A DNA stretch of 64,000 nucleotides from an uncultured bacterium (GTDB taxonomy: Bacteria; Patescibacteriota; Patescibacteriia; UBA9570; XYC2-FULL-38-9): positions 181,571-245,570 of the forward strand of contig CALKUP010000001.1 of the NCBI GenBank assembly GCA_937996685.1, given 5' to 3'. The number at the start of each line of letters is the position of its first letter. The stretch's first letter is position 1. The translations under genes and the position numbers were made by a program. Positions 19,707-28,923 of the stretch are shown here, piece after piece. The notes beneath the pieces were generated by a model. The model did not search any database, had not been told where the DNA came from, and saw only the letters and a program-made list of their open reading frames with translations.

Positions 19707-19757
19707 AATATAGCGTAGATTTGCGCATTTGTCAAGAATGATATTTTAGGTTACAGT
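19707..19757. promoter_or_regulatory. Overlapping divergent sigma70 promoters
   Basis: Minus: TTGACA(19735-19730)-17-TATATT; plus: TTGTCA(19729-19734)-17-TACAGT; the -35 boxes share TTGTCAA. Confidence 0.6.
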
Positions 19758-19830
19758 CGGTGCCAGAGAAGCGTGAACACGTCCTGTGTTCAGCTGCTTT
19801 TGGACACTTCATTGACCTGCGGAGGGCGTC

Positions 19831-20253
19831 ATGAGTCAACCTATTGTCGATCGCAAGCCTGGCGACTTCAGCTTCATCTACCCGACGGGGATCATTGGTG
19901 AAGAGCTGCCTCGGTTCACCGTTGAAGACAAGGTCTTTCCCATTAAAGCGTTCTTCAACTGGGACATTGGTGCAGCCTGCGTTGCTGGCGCTCAAGGGGG
20001 CTTTCCCTTGGTGCGACCGGTTGACTACGAAGCTGCTGTCGCTGAGTGGCATCGTCGGTTTCCCGGGAAGGCATTGCCGCGGACCTTTGCGGAGCTCGCT
20101 GTTCTTCGTGGTGAGTCTGGTGATCACCGCTGGGGCTTGGCGCGGACACTTCGGAGGAGCGAGGAGAACAAGTCCGTCGGACCACGGAAACCCTCCGGAA
20201 CCGCGCTGCAGCGTTGCAGTTGTAGCGACGAATCGCGACCCTGCATGGAGTGA
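19831..20253 (+). CDS. Hypothetical protein (GC-rich, 140 aa)
   Basis: GGAGG SD before ATG, upstream promoter, downstream terminator. Confidence 0.55.
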   Translation: MSQPIVDRKPGDFSFIYPTGIIGEELPRFTVEDKVFPIKAFFNWDIGAACVAGAQGGFPLVRPVDYEAAVAEWHRRFPGKALPRTFAELAVLRGESGDHRWGLARTLRRSEENKSVGPRKPSGTALQRCSCSDESRPCME

Positions 20254-20282
20254 CCCCGTCTTTACGGATCAAGTCGTTTCGT

Positions 20283-20319
20283 ACCCTGTTTGTTTCGTAC
20301 ACAAGCAGGGTCTTTTTTT
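20283..20319 (+). terminator. Intrinsic terminator
   Basis: ACCCTGTTTGT...ACAAGCAGGGT followed by CTTTTTTT. Confidence 0.7.
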
Positions 20320-20429
20320 ATCCAATAGATTTTTCAAATAAAAAAAGCCTCACAAATGATTCTATATACGGACTACAAATAGGCTATATATAGAGGTTCG
20401 TGAGGTGCGCCTCTCCGCACAGAGAAGCG

Positions 20430-20687
20430 CTACTTGGTGGCGAGAGGGTCTTCGGCGACCCGCACAATTTCGCAGGCCGCGCTGCCGTCGATCACACAGC
20501 GACCGCGGTTGTTATCTCGCATGAAGTCATCGCCCAATCGCCGAGCGGGTATGTCCCCGTGCTCCGCGAGCTGCCACAGGGCCTCGTGCGCCTGCAGTCC
20601 GAGAGCTGCAGGGTTAAGGAGTCGGACCACAGCCCCAGGGAACTGCTGCCGTGCTTGCCAGACAAGCATGCTCTGATTTTCAGACAT
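20430..20687 (-). CDS. Hypothetical protein (GC-rich, 85 aa)
   Basis: GGAGG-aaag-ATG on the minus strand (MSENQ...). Confidence 0.5.
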   Translation of the reverse strand: MSENQSMLVWQARQQFPGAVVRLLNPAALGLQAHEALWQLAEHGDIPARRLGDDFMRDNNRGRCVIDGSAACEIVRVAEDPLATK

Positions 20688-20835
20688 CTTTCCTCCAAAT
20701 TTGTCCGCCACAGTCGTAGCATACTATGTACTCCCTGGCAAGATAATACCTCTCTTTCAAGTGGATAGCTCCATTGGTTGCAGAGCTCTGGATTTTGACG
20801 TATTCTCAATACAATTCATTATTGAGCTTCTTTTT

Positions 20836-21831
20836 ATGAGTCTTACTCCCAAATCACAACACGACACCGCAGCGATATATGCTATTGATGGCGATTTTCC
20901 AGTTGCACGGTTTATTGCAACAACGCCAGAATCTCGTACTATTTGCAATGATCCATTTGTGCTTGGCGTTGATTATACGGAAAAATTGGAAACAGCCGCA
21001 ACAACCGCACTTGCGCTCTTAAAAGAATCAGGAGAAACAGTCGGTGATGATGAAGAGAAATTGGTTGTGTTAAATATTTTACGCGGTGGGTTGAATTATG
21101 GTCTGCGTAATGCAGTACACCGAGCCTATGGTTGGAATAATCATAGTTCTGCATTTATTTCCTCGCAACGCGCGAAAGATGATAATGGTGATTGGTATAT
21201 TTCGGAAAATCGTTATCAAAAAGTCTACCTTCCGAAAGGCGCACACATTTTGTTTGGTGATGTCGTCGCAACAGGCGTGAGCTTGGAGCATGCTGTTTTG
21301 CGAATTATTGATATTGCAAAAGAACAAGGTGGAAGTATTTCAGGAATGACTTTTTTTACCATTGGTGGCGATCGTTCAGAAGAGATTATGAAAAAAATTG
21401 ACGCAACGTGTCGCGAAGCATTTCCTGATTACACCGGCAGTCGTGTCATTTATTTTGAAGGTGTCTTTGGTGTTGCGACGACTGAAACGCCAATGCGTGT
21501 TGCGCTTGATGGAACAGATTTACTGCACTCACCGGCTTTGATGGCGCCAGAATTTATTGCGTCATCAGCCGAGGCATTATCATTTCCGATCGAGCGGTGC
21601 ACTATTTATGATGCTGGTTCACGTGCGTTTCATATTGCTGAGTACCTTGAAGATGTACATGAATATTGGAGCCAGGTGCTTCAATTTGCGCAAAACGGAG
21701 TAACATATAGCGAATACTTGAAAGAGCGGTTTCCAGAAAGTCCGCAATTACAAGACGCAGCGTTTGTTGAGACGCATAATACTACTGCGATTTTAGAAGA
21801 GGTCGCGACACAGCAGCTCGCCAAAAAATAA
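20836..21831 (+). CDS. Type I phosphoribosyltransferase (UPRTase-like, divergent)
   Basis: LNILRGG and the PRPP-binding loop LFGDVVATGVS; start moved to ATG 20836. Confidence 0.6.
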   Translation: MSLTPKSQHDTAAIYAIDGDFPVARFIATTPESRTICNDPFVLGVDYTEKLETAATTALALLKESGETVGDDEEKLVVLNILRGGLNYGLRNAVHRAYGWNNHSSAFISSQRAKDDNGDWYISENRYQKVYLPKGAHILFGDVVATGVSLEHAVLRIIDIAKEQGGSISGMTFFTIGGDRSEEIMKKIDATCREAFPDYTGSRVIYFEGVFGVATTETPMRVALDGTDLLHSPALMAPEFIASSAEALSFPIERCTIYDAGSRAFHIAEYLEDVHEYWSQVLQFAQNGVTYSEYLKERFPESPQLQDAAFVETHNTTAILEEVATQQLAKK

Positions 21832-21927
21832 TAGATTGTATACCATATACCCATGTTGTGAGATTTCAGCCAGATTTGATCCAAACACAGTTATTGATTG
21901 CGACTCTTTATTTTTAATACTCACACT

Positions 21928-23187
21928 ATGTTTAATTATCCTCATATTACCAAAAACGACCCACTGATTGCTGATGCGTTAAAAAATGAATTGCAACGCG
22001 AACAAGATGGTCTCGAAATGATTCCATCAGAAAATTTCGTGTCTTTACCTGTGCTTGAAGCGCTGGGTTCAGTGGCAACAAATAAATATGCTGAAGGGTA
22101 TCCAGGCAAGCGCTATTATGGCGGCTGCGAATATATTGACATTATCGAACAAGCGGCGATTGATCGCGCAAAAGAATTGTTCGGTGCCGAGCACGTGAAT
22201 GTACAACCACTCTCTGGAGCGCCGATGAATATCGCTGTCTATAGTGCGCTGCTTGAGCCGGGTGATACGATTCTTGGCATGGACTTAGGTCACGGTGGTC
22301 ATTTAACACACGGACATCCAGTGACATTTATGTCAAAGGTGTTCAATTTTGTGCGTTATAACTGTGATCCAGAAACTGGTGACATTGATTATGAGCAGGT
22401 ACGCAGACTCGCGCTTGAACACAAACCAAAATTGGTGCTCTGTGGATTTTCGTCATATACCAAGCAACTTGATTATCAAAAATTTGCCGATATTGCGAAA
22501 GAAGTTGGCGCGTATTCGATGATGGATATGGCGCATATTTCAGGGCTCGTTGCGGCAGGTGTATCGCCAAATCCTGTGCCAGTGATGGACGTTGTGACAA
22601 CGACAACGCATAAATCGTTGCGTGGACCACGCGGTGGAATGATTCTTTGTAAAGAAGAGCTCGGGAAAAAAATTGATAAAGCGGTGTTTCCAGGTTTGCA
22701 AGGCGGACCACATGAAAATCAAATTGCTGCACTCGCGATTGCGCTTAAAGAAGCGCTGTCACCAGAATTTAAAGAATATGGCAAACAAGTAATGGCAAAT
22801 GCAAAAGCGCTGTACACAGTATTTGCAGACGCAGGCATTCGCGTTGTGTTTGGTGGAACGGAAAATCATATGTTGGTGTTAGACCTCTCGCCAATTGGGG
22901 TTGCTGGAAAAGATGCTGAAGCAGCACTGGACCATGTCGGCATTACCGTGAATAAACAGATGATTCCAAATGAGCCACGCTCAGCCTTCGATCCATCAGG
23001 TATTCGGCTCGGAACTCCTGCGCTGACAACTCGTGGGATGAAAGAATCAGAAATGACTCGCATTGCGCAGACAATCGTTGATGTGCTTAAGAACATTGAT
23101 GACACGACTGTTCAAGACGCAGCCCGCGCGACAGTCAAAGAATTAACGAAAAACTTCCCGCTGTATGGCTCTGTGGAAACGCGATAA
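21928..23187 (+). CDS. glyA: Serine hydroxymethyltransferase
   Basis: IPSENF, NKYAEGYPGKRYYGGC, GGHLTHG, TTTHKSLRGPRGG, SGIRLGT. Confidence 0.97.
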   Translation: MFNYPHITKNDPLIADALKNELQREQDGLEMIPSENFVSLPVLEALGSVATNKYAEGYPGKRYYGGCEYIDIIEQAAIDRAKELFGAEHVNVQPLSGAPMNIAVYSALLEPGDTILGMDLGHGGHLTHGHPVTFMSKVFNFVRYNCDPETGDIDYEQVRRLALEHKPKLVLCGFSSYTKQLDYQKFADIAKEVGAYSMMDMAHISGLVAAGVSPNPVPVMDVVTTTTHKSLRGPRGGMILCKEELGKKIDKAVFPGLQGGPHENQIAALAIALKEALSPEFKEYGKQVMANAKALYTVFADAGIRVVFGGTENHMLVLDLSPIGVAGKDAEAALDHVGITVNKQMIPNEPRSAFDPSGIRLGTPALTTRGMKESEMTRIAQTIVDVLKNIDDTTVQDAARATVKELTKNFPLYGSVETR

Positions 23188-24076
23188 ACAAACCGGCCCC
23201 ATGATCGGGCCCATTGGGTCACAAGTGCGAGAAGAGCATCGTGTTGATTATGGCGCAACGTTGTTGGACGGCGCTGCGATGGCAGACAAATTGCGTGCAA
23301 GTCTCGCACGAAAAATCGCTGACAGCAAAACGCGTCCCGGGCTCGCGGTCATTCTAGTTGGAGAAGATCCTGCGTCTCAACTCTATGTTGATTTTAAATT
23401 GAATGCGTCAAAACAAGTCGGGATGTATTTGAAAATGATTGCGTTGCCAGAAGACGTCTCGCAAGAAAAGTTGTTAAAAGTCATTCGGAAGTTGAATAAG
23501 AAAAAAAAGATTCATGGGATTTTAGTGCAGTTGCCATTGCCAAAGCATTTGAATGAATTTGCGGTGATGCAAGCGGTCGCGCCAGAAAAAGATGTTGATG
23601 GATTTAATCCAGTGAATATCGGTTGGCTCAGTATCGGTGATCCAGAATTTGTCCCAGCGACAACGCGGGGAATCGCGCGCTTGCTCGCAGCTACAAAAGT
23701 GGATCTCGCAGGGAAGCATGCCGTTGTGGTTGGAACGAGTAATATTGTCGGCAAACCAACGGCGCAATGGCTCTTAAATGAAGGGGCGACTGTCACACTG
23801 TGTAATTCCAAAACAGAGAATTTGGCGTTTCACACGCGTCAGGCAGATGTGCTCGTGACAGCGACCGGTGTTCCTGATCTTATTGATGGTGACATGGTGA
23901 AAACCGGCGCGATCGTGATTGATGCGGGCATTGCAAAAAAAGATGATGTGGTTGTGGGGGATTGTGTATTTGAAGAAGTTGCCAAAAAAGCGAGTTTCAT
24001 TACGCCGGTTCCTGGCGGTGTTGGCCCAATGACTGTCGCGGCATTATTGGAAAATACCTACCTCGCAGCAGAGTAA
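23165..24076 (+). CDS. folD: Methylene-THF dehydrogenase/cyclohydrolase
   Basis: PGLAVILVG, GILVQLPLP, PEKDVDG, VGKP, TPVPGGVGPMT. Confidence 0.95.
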   Translation: MALWKRDKQTGPMIGPIGSQVREEHRVDYGATLLDGAAMADKLRASLARKIADSKTRPGLAVILVGEDPASQLYVDFKLNASKQVGMYLKMIALPEDVSQEKLLKVIRKLNKKKKIHGILVQLPLPKHLNEFAVMQAVAPEKDVDGFNPVNIGWLSIGDPEFVPATTRGIARLLAATKVDLAGKHAVVVGTSNIVGKPTAQWLLNEGATVTLCNSKTENLAFHTRQADVLVTATGVPDLIDGDMVKTGAIVIDAGIAKKDDVVVGDCVFEEVAKKASFITPVPGGVGPMTVAALLENTYLAAE

Positions 24077-24088
24077 TACGCAGCCATC

Positions 24089-24119
24089 AAAAAAACACCG
24101 GGAGTTACCGGTGTTTTTT
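24089..24119. terminator. Bidirectional terminator between folD and prs
   Basis: A7-CACCGG-GAGTTA-CCGGTG-T6. Confidence 0.8.
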
Positions 24120-25053
24120 ATTGCCAATCTTGAAGCGCCTTCGCAAACAACGGGATGACGGAAATTGTTTTGAAGAGTGGGAGTTCTTGTTCAGGTGAAC
24201 GAGCGATCGAGTCAGTTAAGATGAATTCAGTAATTGGCGCGACTGCAAGTCGTTCAATCGCAGGTCCCGACAACACACCGTGTGTACAAGCGACGAAAAT
24301 ATTATTTGCACCTTGTTGTTTCATGATGTCTACAACCCCGACGAGCGTCCCGGCAGTATTCACTTCATCGTCAATAATTAAAATGTTTTTATCAGCAACA
24401 TCTGCAATCAGCTCATCAAAAAACGCGTGATCTTTTTGGTCAACATACCGACGTTTTTTCGCGATAATCATTGGAATGCCTAAGGCTTGTGCATATTCTG
24501 CAGATCCTGGAACCGACCCTTTGTCAGGGGCTAAAATAACAAGGTTTCCATCATTGTGATTTTTAAAGTACTCAACAAATAATGAAGAGGCGGATAGCTC
24601 AACGCACTCAATGCCAACTTCTGTAAAAAATTTACTACTACGATGTTTATGAAGGTCGAGTACCATGACACGATCAATACCGACTGCTTTCATGAGTTGA
24701 GCAATGACAGAAAATGATAACACTTCACCGTGTGTAGTGATTTTTTCTTGTCGTCGATAACCAAAAAATGGCATAACAGCGGTAATGCGTTTTGCTCCGT
24801 GGTCGCGAGCAGCGCCAGCAATAAATAATAATTCCATTAAGTGGTCATTTGCAGGAGCGGAAGTTGGTTGAACGATATACACATCTCGACCAGTAACGTC
24901 TTCTTGAATAACTGTATGAACCTCGCTGTCAGAAAATGTTGATACTTCAACAGGGATGTGCTGCCAGGAAAGTGTGGATGCTAATGTTTCCGCAAATTCC
25001 GGATGAGATCGACCGTGAAGAATAACTGGTTGATTGTTCTTGATCTCTGACAT
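24118..25053 (-). CDS. prs: Ribose-phosphate pyrophosphokinase
   Basis: FSDSE, NDHLMELL, PFFGYRRQ, APDKGS, IIDDEVNTAGT, THGVLSG. Confidence 0.93.
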   Translation of the reverse strand: MSEIKNNQPVILHGRSHPEFAETLASTLSWQHIPVEVSTFSDSEVHTVIQEDVTGRDVYIVQPTSAPANDHLMELLFIAGAARDHGAKRITAVMPFFGYRRQEKITTHGEVLSFSVIAQLMKAVGIDRVMVLDLHKHRSSKFFTEVGIECVELSASSLFVEYFKNHNDGNLVILAPDKGSVPGSAEYAQALGIPMIIAKKRRYVDQKDHAFFDELIADVADKNILIIDDEVNTAGTLVGVVDIMKQQGANNIFVACTHGVLSGPAIERLAVAPITEFILTDSIARSPEQELPLFKTISVIPLFAKALQDWQ

Positions 25054-25151
25054 ATTGGAATGAAGTATAGCAAAAATAAACGATTTTGTCCAGTTGTGTT
25101 TTCTGCTTTGTTTTGTATACTCAATGAAATTGATTATTCCATACGAGATCC

Positions 25152-26696
25152 ATGAAACAGACTCAAGCTACAAAAATCACAAAAGGACTCCGCCGCATTC
25201 CAGCGGTGATGGCAACGCAACATCCGGATAACGCAAATGCACCATATTGGGAAGTGGACGGAGATGGGTTTATTAGCGCACAAGAAGAAGTGCGTGAAGC
25301 GTTTTCTGCCTATAGTGATCTCGGCGTTGATGAGTATATGTGGGATTGGGAAGGAAAATATGTTGATGAAGCGGTGGTTGAGCGACTGTTTTCTGAATAC
25401 ACGGAATTTTTTCAACAGCATGTGTTGGGGCGTGATCGATTTTTGACATTCCGTATTCCAAACATTTGGGAAGAAAAAGGATATTCGCTGGCGCGCGCAT
25501 TTATGGGAATGCTGACCGCCGCGGACATGGCCCATGATTTGAAGATGCCGGCATATCCGTTATTTGAAGTGATTTTGCCGATGACAAAAAATCCAGAGCA
25601 GTTAATGTATTTGCATGATACGTTTCAAAAGCTCGCGAAAGTGAAGCACGAGCTTTTTGCTGGAGACACAGCTGATTTTGACCATATTGAAATGATCCCG
25701 CTAACAGAAAGTGTTCCGGAAATGTTGAATATCCGCGGGTTTTTAGAATCATATGAGCAGTCATATAAAAAAGCGTTTAAAAAACAATTGCGTTATTTGC
25801 GGCCATTTATTGCACGCTCAGATCCAGCGCTTGTTTCAGGAATGCTCGCTGCGGTGATTGGCAATAAAGTGGCGCTTTCTGAAATGGCGCGTTGGTCAAA
25901 AAAATCTGGCGTGCCAATCTATCCAATTATTGGAGCGGGGAGCTTGCCGTTTCGAGGAGGGCTGTCGCCGGAGTATATCGATCAATTTATTAATGAATAC
26001 CAAGGGGTTCGAACTGTGACAATCCAGTCCGCGTTTCGATATGACTATCCATTAAAAACAGTGCGTCGCGCGTTGAAAAAATTACAACAAGAATTACCAA
26101 GCAGTACTCCTCGACTGATTGATGAAGCATCGCTCGCGGTGTTGGGAGTCATTGCCGAGCGGAGTGCGAAATTGTATCGCAAGACAATTGCGGGTATCGC
26201 AGATGATGTGTTGTCACTTTCCAAACATGTTCCGCGAAGACGTGAGCGCAAACTCCATATTGGATTATTAAAATACGGCCGGTCTGTTGCTGGAAAAGAA
26301 TTTCCACGAGCAATTACATTTACAGCGACGCTCTATAGCTTGGGAGTTCCGCCGGAATTGATTGCCGCGGGCCGCACAATTGCAATGTTGTCTGATGCAG
26401 AAAAAGCGGTGTTTGAAAAAACATATATCCATTTTAAAGATGACATGATTCGAGCGGGTCGTTATTTGAATACAGAAAATGTGTTACGGTTGTCCGCGGA
26501 AAATGCTGTGTGGGAACAGATACATGCGGATATTGTTGCGCTTGAAGCCTATCTTGGCGTGACTTTAGGGCCAAAAACAACGACAGAATTACTGCATCGG
26601 AACGCGACATCGGATGTGTATTTACTGATGCAGAAAAATCTACCCATTGCTGACGTATTGCTGCGCGCTGCCACTTTGCGACAATCTCTCGGGTAA
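25152..26696 (+). CDS. ppcA: Archaeal-type phosphoenolpyruvate carboxylase
   Basis: MATQHPDNA, EYMWDWEGK, FEVILPMT, RPFIARSDPA, GSLPFRGG, TIQSAFRYD, PRRRERKLHIGL, PRAITFT; ~514 aa. Confidence 0.92.
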   Translation: MKQTQATKITKGLRRIPAVMATQHPDNANAPYWEVDGDGFISAQEEVREAFSAYSDLGVDEYMWDWEGKYVDEAVVERLFSEYTEFFQQHVLGRDRFLTFRIPNIWEEKGYSLARAFMGMLTAADMAHDLKMPAYPLFEVILPMTKNPEQLMYLHDTFQKLAKVKHELFAGDTADFDHIEMIPLTESVPEMLNIRGFLESYEQSYKKAFKKQLRYLRPFIARSDPALVSGMLAAVIGNKVALSEMARWSKKSGVPIYPIIGAGSLPFRGGLSPEYIDQFINEYQGVRTVTIQSAFRYDYPLKTVRRALKKLQQELPSSTPRLIDEASLAVLGVIAERSAKLYRKTIAGIADDVLSLSKHVPRRRERKLHIGLLKYGRSVAGKEFPRAITFTATLYSLGVPPELIAAGRTIAMLSDAEKAVFEKTYIHFKDDMIRAGRYLNTENVLRLSAENAVWEQIHADIVALEAYLGVTLGPKTTTELLHRNATSDVYLLMQKNLPIADVLLRAATLRQSLG

Positions 26697-26764
26697 AGAA
26701 TTTTGACAGAATACACATTCATACGTAGTCTGCACTGACAACGATTAGATTCCCATGGAGGCGG

Positions 26765-27028
26765 GTGGTGGAAAACCATTATTATCAGGTGATTGATCGT
26801 AATCATCCTGACGGGGTGTTGGCCCTTGCGGCGTTTCTGGGCTGGATGGTGCTCGAGGCGGCGATCCACAAGACGGTTGTCGTCCAGAATCTCAAAGGAC
26901 CTGAAAGCTTCTTGTTTCTTCTTGAGATCGACCCTTCCAAACAGCCTCAGATTGAGGGCCTGGTATCGGTCAATCGCTTCGGCTGTCTCTACGCAACCAA
27001 CGGGCTTCCAGAAAAGCTTTTTGGTTGA
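26765..27028 (+). CDS. Hypothetical protein (GC-richer insert, ~87 aa)
   Basis: TTGACA-17-TAGTCT promoter at 26703-26731, GGAGG SD, GTG start. Confidence 0.5.
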   Translation: MVENHYYQVIDRNHPDGVLALAAFLGWMVLEAAIHKTVVVQNLKGPESFLFLLEIDPSKQPQIEGLVSVNRFGCLYATNGLPEKLFG

Positions 27029-27155
27029 TGCGAGAGTGTCTGCCGCTGCGCTCGCCACGTCATCGACTTTATTGTTCGATGCTGTGGCCGTTATTCTGTG
27101 TGAAAAAGTCATTTTTCTTGCAGAATAGCGAAAGATACAGTATAGTCTCTCTGAT

Positions 27156-28223
27156 ATGGCATTACAAATCGGCATCGTCGGCCTGCCAAACGTCGGCAAA
27201 TCAACCCTTTTTCAAGCGCTCACCAAAACAGCGGTGCCAGCGGAGAATTTTCCGTTTTGCACAATTGACCCGAATGTTGGTGTTGTTGCTGTGCCAGACG
27301 AGCGATTGGCGCAATTGTCACCACTCGTTAAAACAGATGTTGTTGTTCCGACGACAATTGAATTTGTTGATATTGCCGGATTGGTTGCTGGCGCGCATAA
27401 AGGCGAAGGATTGGGAAATCAGTTTTTGTCACATATCCGTGAAGTGGATGCGATTGCTGAAGTGATTCGTGTCTTTGATGATCCGAATGTGATTCATGTG
27501 GCTGGAAAAGTGGACCCAACAAATGACATGGAGACAATTCATTTGGAGCTTATGATGGCGGACATGCAAGTGCTTGAAAAGCTCATGGCGAATAATGAAA
27601 AGAAAGCGCGTGGTGGTGATAAAACAGCGATTGAAGAGCTTGATGTGATGAAATTATTGTGGGCTGCGCTTGAAAATAGTGAACTGGCAAATACTGTTGA
27701 GCTTACTGAGCGTCAAGAAGAGATCGCTCGAACCTTTCAATTACTGACAAAAAAACCGTTTTTGTTTATTGCAAATATTGAAGAAGGCGGAACAGTTGAT
27801 CAAATTCCTGCTGATATTCAAGCGCTTGAACCAGTGCTTATTTCAGCACGGATTGAAGCAGAGCTCGCGCAACTCGATGATGCGGATCGTGATGAATTAA
27901 TGGAAGGTTATGGGATGACAGAAACAGGTCTGACAAAACTGATTCGACGTGGATATGAAACGTTGCGGCTCAGTACCTATTTCACTGCTGGTGAAAAAGA
28001 AGTGCACGCATGGACGATCACAACCGGTGATACAGCGCCAGTGGCTGCTGGAAAAATTCATTCAGATTTCGAAGAAAAATTCATCCGCGCTGAAGTGGTT
28101 GGATATCAAGATTTTATTGAGAACGGTGGTTGGGTTGGCAGTCGCGATAACGGAAAAGTACGAATGGAAGGCAAAGACTACATCGTGCAAGACGGTGACG
28201 TGATGGTCTTTCACCATTCATAA
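27156..28223 (+). CDS. ychF: Redox-regulated ATPase YchF
   Basis: GIVGLPNVGKST, NFPFCTIDPN, DIAGLV, GEGLGNQFL, AGKIHSDF, TGS domain. Confidence 0.97.
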   Translation: MALQIGIVGLPNVGKSTLFQALTKTAVPAENFPFCTIDPNVGVVAVPDERLAQLSPLVKTDVVVPTTIEFVDIAGLVAGAHKGEGLGNQFLSHIREVDAIAEVIRVFDDPNVIHVAGKVDPTNDMETIHLELMMADMQVLEKLMANNEKKARGGDKTAIEELDVMKLLWAALENSELANTVELTERQEEIARTFQLLTKKPFLFIANIEEGGTVDQIPADIQALEPVLISARIEAELAQLDDADRDELMEGYGMTETGLTKLIRRGYETLRLSTYFTAGEKEVHAWTITTGDTAPVAAGKIHSDFEEKFIRAEVVGYQDFIENGGWVGSRDNGKVRMEGKDYIVQDGDVMVFHHS

Positions 28224-28508
28224 AAAATATACTCGTATTTTGTGTCTTGAAACTTGAAACGAACGCCGTCAAAACCGGCGTTTTTGTTTTTTTGGATATC
28301 TAATATTAGCACCAAAAACGACTTGTCCCCAGACGGCGCAAATCTGCCATATACAGAATCAATGCAGGTTTTTTATAATTACTGTCATTGGGATTTTGTA
28401 CGATTAAGAAATCCGTGGAAATCAAGTTGGAATTTAGATCTAGGAAGACCAAGTGTAAGTTATTAGCAAATGATTAAAGCTCAATGCAATCCAAGGTAAT
28501 AAAAAAAT

Positions 28509-28889
28509 ATGCAAAAAACGATTCTAGGAATAAAGGTGATTGCCCCCCTTGTACTCATTGCTGGCTTGTGTTTCTTGAAGCGGACTGTGGATGAGTTGGT
28601 TGCGGTGGGTTTGTACGCTGATGAGAACGGAACAGGTGGCTACACAACAATAAGTCAAATGCTTGGGCTTGGTGTCAGTAGTTTGTTTATTATCCTGTCA
28701 TTATGGGTGTGTATGTTGGTTTTTTTTAGAAAAAAACCAATTATGTCCCTTGGTTTATTTATAAGAGAAGAAAAAACAGAAATAATTCAATCACTTGGGA
28801 TCGCTGTACTAACGTTCGTTGTCTATTGCGTATACCCTATTGTTGGTGTGTGTATGTTAGTTTTATTTTTTTTCGCATGGAAAAAATGA
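28509..28889 (+). CDS. Small membrane protein
   Basis: 126-aa ORF with three to four hydrophobic segments. Confidence 0.55.
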   Translation: MQKTILGIKVIAPLVLIAGLCFLKRTVDELVAVGLYADENGTGGYTTISQMLGLGVSSLFIILSLWVCMLVFFRKKPIMSLGLFIREEKTEIIQSLGIAVLTFVVYCVYPIVGVCMLVLFFFAWKK

Positions 28890-28923
28890 CTGAAAATATA
28901 TAAGCAAAGATATGCAGTTTTCG

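Noticed and set aside
20701-20835. N-terminal extensions in the ORF track (also carA, glyA, pilin, gatC, ndk, 37893, 53582)
   Set aside because: These upstream TTG/GTG/ATG extensions run through promoter or terminator sequence; family-like sequence begins at the downstream ATG
21832-21927. ZTP or THF riboswitch upstream of glyA-folD
   Set aside because: Short AT-rich spacer lacking the conserved ZTP GCGACTG/GCCTGGGC-type segments or a THF junction
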